DNA of 64,000 nucleotides, taken from NCBI GenBank assembly GCA_031446085.1, contig CP132901.1, forward strand, positions 325,135 to 389,134, in the 5' to 3' direction. This document shows positions 60,582-64,000 of this stretch, piece by piece. Under the pieces are notes generated by a model that saw only the letters and a program-made list of their open reading frames with translations, did not search any database and had not been told where the DNA came from. Within the stretch, counting starts at the first letter, position 1; each line of letters starts with the position of its first letter. This DNA is from Arsenophonus sp. Its GTDB lineage: Bacteria > Pseudomonadota > Gammaproteobacteria > Enterobacterales > Enterobacteriaceae. The translations under genes and the position numbers were made by a program.

Positions 60582-60594
60582 TTTAATAAAAAAT

Positions 60595-61452
60595 ATGAAA
60601 GAGAAAATATCTTTTTTTGTTCAAAAAAAAATTACTCAATTTTTTGGATGGATTGCAAATAAAAATTGTTCATTCTTAACAAAAATTTTTATAAAATTTT
60701 TCGTTAAAAAATATAAAATTAATTTACAAGAAAATCGACTAAATCATTATTCACAATATAAAAATATTAATTCTTTCTTTTTAAGAAAACTTAAAAAAAA
60801 AAATCGTCCAATAGCATCTGGATATAATCAATTAGTATCTCCAGTAGATGGAATAATCACAGAACTAGGGAAAATTCAAAAAAATATAATTATACAAGCG
60901 AAAAAATATAATTATACATTAGAATCATTATTTGCTAATGATATTAATAGTAGTATTTTATTTAAAAATGGGTTATTTATAACTTTTTATTTATCTCCTG
61001 CTAATTATCACCGTGTACATATGCCATACAGCGGAATTTTAAAAAAAATGATTTATATTCCTGGTACATTTTTTTCAGTAAATAAAAAAAATGTTAACTC
61101 TATTTCTAATATTTTTACAAAAAATGAACGAATCATATGTATTTTTAATACAAAATTTGGTATGATGGCACAAATTTTAATAGGATCAATAATTGTAGGA
61201 AGTATTAGTACTAAATGGCATGGAATAATCAATAAAAAACATGAAAATGAAATCCAATATTGGAATTACTCAAAAAATAATAAAATTTTTTTAAAAAAAG
61301 GAGAAGAAATGGGAAAATTTCAAATTGGTTCAACTGTAATTACATTATTTCAAAAAAAATATATTACTTTAAATTCATCTTTAAAAAAAAAAATGTTTAT
61401 TAAATTTGGATCAGAAATAGGAAATGTTTCTGACCTAAAAAAAACAAATTGA
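60595..61452 (+). CDS. psd: phosphatidylserine decarboxylase proenzyme
   Basis: SPVDGIITELGKI, YLSPANYHRVHMP, ERIICIF and the self-cleavage site FQIGSTVI (LGST type) are collinear with E. coli Psd. The C-terminal tail is shorter. Confidence 0.92.
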   Translation: MKEKISFFVQKKITQFFGWIANKNCSFLTKIFIKFFVKKYKINLQENRLNHYSQYKNINSFFLRKLKKKNRPIASGYNQLVSPVDGIITELGKIQKNIIIQAKKYNYTLESLFANDINSSILFKNGLFITFYLSPANYHRVHMPYSGILKKMIYIPGTFFSVNKKNVNSISNIFTKNERIICIFNTKFGMMAQILIGSIIVGSISTKWHGIINKKHENEIQYWNYSKNNKIFLKKGEEMGKFQIGSTVITLFQKKYITLNSSLKKKMFIKFGSEIGNVSDLKKTN

Positions 61453-61489
61453 AAAACATATTAAAAATTCTTAAATAGGTATATTTTAT

Positions 61490-62071
61490 ATGATTCATAT
61501 TACAAAATCTGCACAAAAACATTTTATCAAATTATTAACAAAACAAAAAAAAGGAACACAAATTAAATTTTTTATTGAACAAACAAATTCAAAAAAAATA
61601 GAAGGAAAAGTAATTTATTACGTACCTAAAAAAACAAATGAAGAAAATGTTAAAATTCAGTTTGATAAATTTGATGCATATCTAGATAAAAAAGATGTTG
61701 CCTTTCTAAAAGGAGCTATAGTAGATTTTATTTCAAATCAATTAAACTCTCAATTAACTATTCAGCTAACTTACAAAAATAAAAACAAAAAAATATTTAA
61801 AAAAGATTCATTAATAAATAAAATAAGACACATTATTCAATCACAAATTAATCCACAATTATCATTACATGGAGGACACATATCACTAATTGATATTATT
61901 AATGAAGGATATGTATTATTAAAATTTAAAGGAGGATGTAATGGATGTTCTATGGCACAAATTACCTTAAAAGAAGGAATAGAAAAAAAATTAATGAATT
62001 TATTTCCCAATGAAATAAAAGGTGTCAAAGACGTTACTGATCATGAATATGGATCTCATACTTACCAATAA
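61490..62071 (+). CDS. nfuA: Fe-S cluster carrier protein NfuA
   Basis: MIHITKSAQKHFIKLL, GTQIKFF, IQSQINPQLSLHGGHISL and the CNGCSM CxxC motif are present. C-terminal EYGSHTYQ resembles E. coli RGEHSYY. Confidence 0.9.
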   Translation: MIHITKSAQKHFIKLLTKQKKGTQIKFFIEQTNSKKIEGKVIYYVPKKTNEENVKIQFDKFDAYLDKKDVAFLKGAIVDFISNQLNSQLTIQLTYKNKNKKIFKKDSLINKIRHIIQSQINPQLSLHGGHISLIDIINEGYVLLKFKGGCNGCSMAQITLKEGIEKKLMNLFPNEIKGVKDVTDHEYGSHTYQ

Positions 62072-62132
62072 ACGAATAAATTTTGAACATAAAAAATAGA
62101 AAAACAATATTATTAAACTCACTTTAATAATT

Positions 62133-63185
62133 TCAATGTATTAGTTTCAATTTTTGAAAATAGTCTTCATATATTAAAGATGTTTCTCCTACATCATCTT
62201 GCCATTCTCCTTTGTCTAAAATTGATTTGCTTGGATATAAATTTATATCAGATAAAATCTGAGTAGATAATTGCTTTTTTGCTGTTAAGTTTGGTGTAGG
62301 ATAACCAATTTTTTTTGCAACTAAAGCAGCAATATCTGGTCTTAACAAAAAATCAATAAGTTTTAAAGCTCCTTCAATATTTTCAGCATTTTTTGGAATG
62401 GCTAAACTATCCATCCAAAAAATTCCTCCTTCTTTAGGCCAAATAAAATTTATCTTCATATCAGATTGTTGATTTGCTAAAAATGCAGAACCGTTCCACA
62501 TCATACCAATTTCAATTTCTCCTTGAATAAATGGATATGCTGGATTATCAGAATTAAACATTCGAACATTTGGCATCAATTTAATTAATTCTTCATATGC
62601 TTTTTTTATAACCAATTTATCTTTTGTATTACCTGAATAACCTAATTTAAGTAAAGCGATCTGAAAAACTTCTCTAGCATCATTAGTTAATAATATTTTC
62701 TTTTTAAAAATAGGATTCCATAAATCTGCCCAAGATTCAATGTTTAATTTATTAGTTATTTTTTGATTAACTCCTATACCAGTAGCACCCCAAATATATG
62801 GAATAGAAAAATCATTATTAGGATCAAAAGATTTATTTAACAAACTAGGATCAAGATTGTTAAAATGAGTTAGTTTATTACGATTTATTTTTGTTAACAT
62901 ATCTTCATTACGCATTTTAGAAATAAAATAAGTAGATGGTACTATTAAATCATAATGAGAATTAGGATTGCTTTTTAGTTTTGTATACATACTTTCATTA
63001 GATTCATAAGTTGAATAAATTACTTTAATTCCAGTTTCTTTAGTAAACTGACTTAATAAACCTGTTGGTATATATTCAGACCAATTATAAAAATATATTT
63101 TTTTATCTCTACCATCAGCAAAAGATATTGAAAAATAATGTATTATTAAAAAACTTAACATTAAAAATAAAAAACATTTTTTCAT
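62133..63185 (-). CDS. potD: spermidine/putrescine ABC transporter periplasmic binding protein
   Basis: It has a signal peptide. YFYNWSEYIP, YDLIVPSTYF, IPYIWGATGIGVN and WMDSLAIPKNA are collinear with E. coli PotD (348 aa). Confidence 0.9.
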   Translation of the reverse strand: MKKCFLFLMLSFLIIHYFSISFADGRDKKIYFYNWSEYIPTGLLSQFTKETGIKVIYSTYESNESMYTKLKSNPNSHYDLIVPSTYFISKMRNEDMLTKINRNKLTHFNNLDPSLLNKSFDPNNDFSIPYIWGATGIGVNQKITNKLNIESWADLWNPIFKKKILLTNDAREVFQIALLKLGYSGNTKDKLVIKKAYEELIKLMPNVRMFNSDNPAYPFIQGEIEIGMMWNGSAFLANQQSDMKINFIWPKEGGIFWMDSLAIPKNAENIEGALKLIDFLLRPDIAALVAKKIGYPTPNLTAKKQLSTQILSDINLYPSKSILDKGEWQDDVGETSLIYEDYFQKLKLIH

Positions 63186-63246
63186 TATTAATTTCCTATT
63201 TTAAAATACAAAATTTTAAACATACTATGAAAAATTATATTTTTAT

Positions 63247-64000
63247 TTAAATATATTTTTTAGTAATCCACTCACTAATAAATAAAAAAATAAAAGAAAA
63301 CAATAATAATATTGCTGCAATTGCATTGACTTCAGGTGAAATTCCAATTTTCACCATAGAATAAATTTTTAATGGTAAAATTTCATATGATGGACCAGTA
63401 ATAAACGAAGAAATAATCACATCATCCATAGAAAGAGTCATAGTTAATAACCAAGATGATACAATAGATGGACTTAATAAAGGAAGTATTATTTTTTTTA
63501 AAATAATAAATTCACTTGCACTCAAATCTCTAGCAGCTTCTAAAATTTTGACATCAAAATCTTTAATTCTCGTGTAAATAATTACTACAACTATCGGTAA
63601 AGAAAATGTAATATGTGCAATTAATAAAGAATAAAAACCTAATTCAATTTTTAAAAAAACAAACAATAAAAGCAAAGAAATCGCTAATACTATATCAGGA
63701 ATAATGATAATAATAAATAACATAGAAGTAATAAATTTTTTAAATCTAAATTCATAAAAATATAAAATTACTGCTACTAAAGTACCTAAAATAGTTGAAA
63801 TAATTGAAGAACAACTACCTAAAATTAATGAATGAATAGCAGAATCTATTAAACTATCATTTTTTAATAGTAAATCATACCATTGCAATGTTAAACCATG
63901 CCATTTATATCCAAAAATTGACAAATTAAAAGAATTAACAACTAATATTATTATTGGAATATATAAAATAATATATATCAAAATTATAAATATATTACGA
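63247..64000 (-). CDS. potC: spermidine/putrescine ABC transporter permease PotC (5' end runs off the window)
   Basis: YIPIIILVVNSFN, AARDLSASEFIILKKIILP (EAA loop) and SMDDVIISSFITGPSYEILPLKIYSMVKIGISPEVNA are nearly identical to E. coli PotC. The frame stays open to nt 64000, and E. coli has about 14 more N-terminal residues. Confidence 0.9.
   Translation of the reverse strand, partial: RNIFIILIYIILYIPIIILVVNSFNLSIFGYKWHGLTLQWYDLLLKNDSLIDSAIHSLILGSCSSIISTILGTLVAVILYFYEFRFKKFITSMLFIIIIIPDIVLAISLLLLFVFLKIELGFYSLLIAHITFSLPIVVVIIYTRIKDFDVKILEAARDLSASEFIILKKIILPLLSPSIVSSWLLTMTLSMDDVIISSFITGPSYEILPLKIYSMVKIGISPEVNAIAAILLLFSFIFLFISEWITKKYI

Noticed and set aside
62109-62131. A 9-bp A:T hairpin (ATTATTAAA / CTCAC / TTTAATAAT) between nfuA and potD.
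   Set aside because: A stem this short and purely A:T is expected by chance many times in this composition, so I do not report it as a terminator.

Overview
This window is a gene-dense, extremely A+T-rich (by eye about four-fifths A+T) stretch of a reduced gammaproteobacterial chromosome derived from Enterobacterales. Almost every ORF aligns end to end with an E. coli housekeeping protein, and several E. coli synteny blocks survive:
- nlpD-surE ... ispF-ispD-ftsB
- ribF-ileS-lspA / rpsT
- smpB + ssrA
- bioA / bioBFCD
- ubiA / plsB
- miaB / ubiF
- coaA / thrU-tyrU-glyT-thrT-tuf
- the complete dcw cluster rsmH-ftsL-ftsI-murE-murF-mraY-murD-ftsW-murG-murC-ddlB-ftsQ-ftsA-ftsZ-lpxC-secA
- metT-leuW-glnU
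- potDC

The extreme AT bias, together with retained biotin, ubiquinone, isoprenoid, peptidoglycan, lipid A (lpxC) and phospholipid (plsB, psd) genes, suggests an obligate insect endosymbiont of the Wigglesworthia type. That is inference; no search was run.

I call 57 protein genes (two cut by the window edges), 7 tRNAs and 1 tmRNA, plus several long perfect palindromes at gene 3' ends that look like terminators.

I find no mobile elements, CRISPR arrays, prophage blocks, toxin-antitoxin pairs or defence islands, and I cannot support a claim that the window holds a new multi-gene system. The items most worth a second look are:
1. ubiA is broken by a frameshift inside an A11 run, and one extra A would restore it exactly.
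2. The conserved N-terminus of ftsW continues upstream of the first canonical start codon.
3. There is an intact phage T4 endonuclease V (DenV)-like pyrimidine-dimer glycosylase.
4. A GltI/GltJ-like ABC importer has no second permease or ATPase next to it.
5. None of the 7 tRNA genes encodes CCA, whereas ssrA does.
6. mraZ and secM are missing from an otherwise complete dcw-secA block.
7. Two spacers of about 360 nt are unusually long, and one contains a perfect tandem repeat.

All homology statements come from by-eye alignment against remembered E. coli and T4 sequences, not from database searches.
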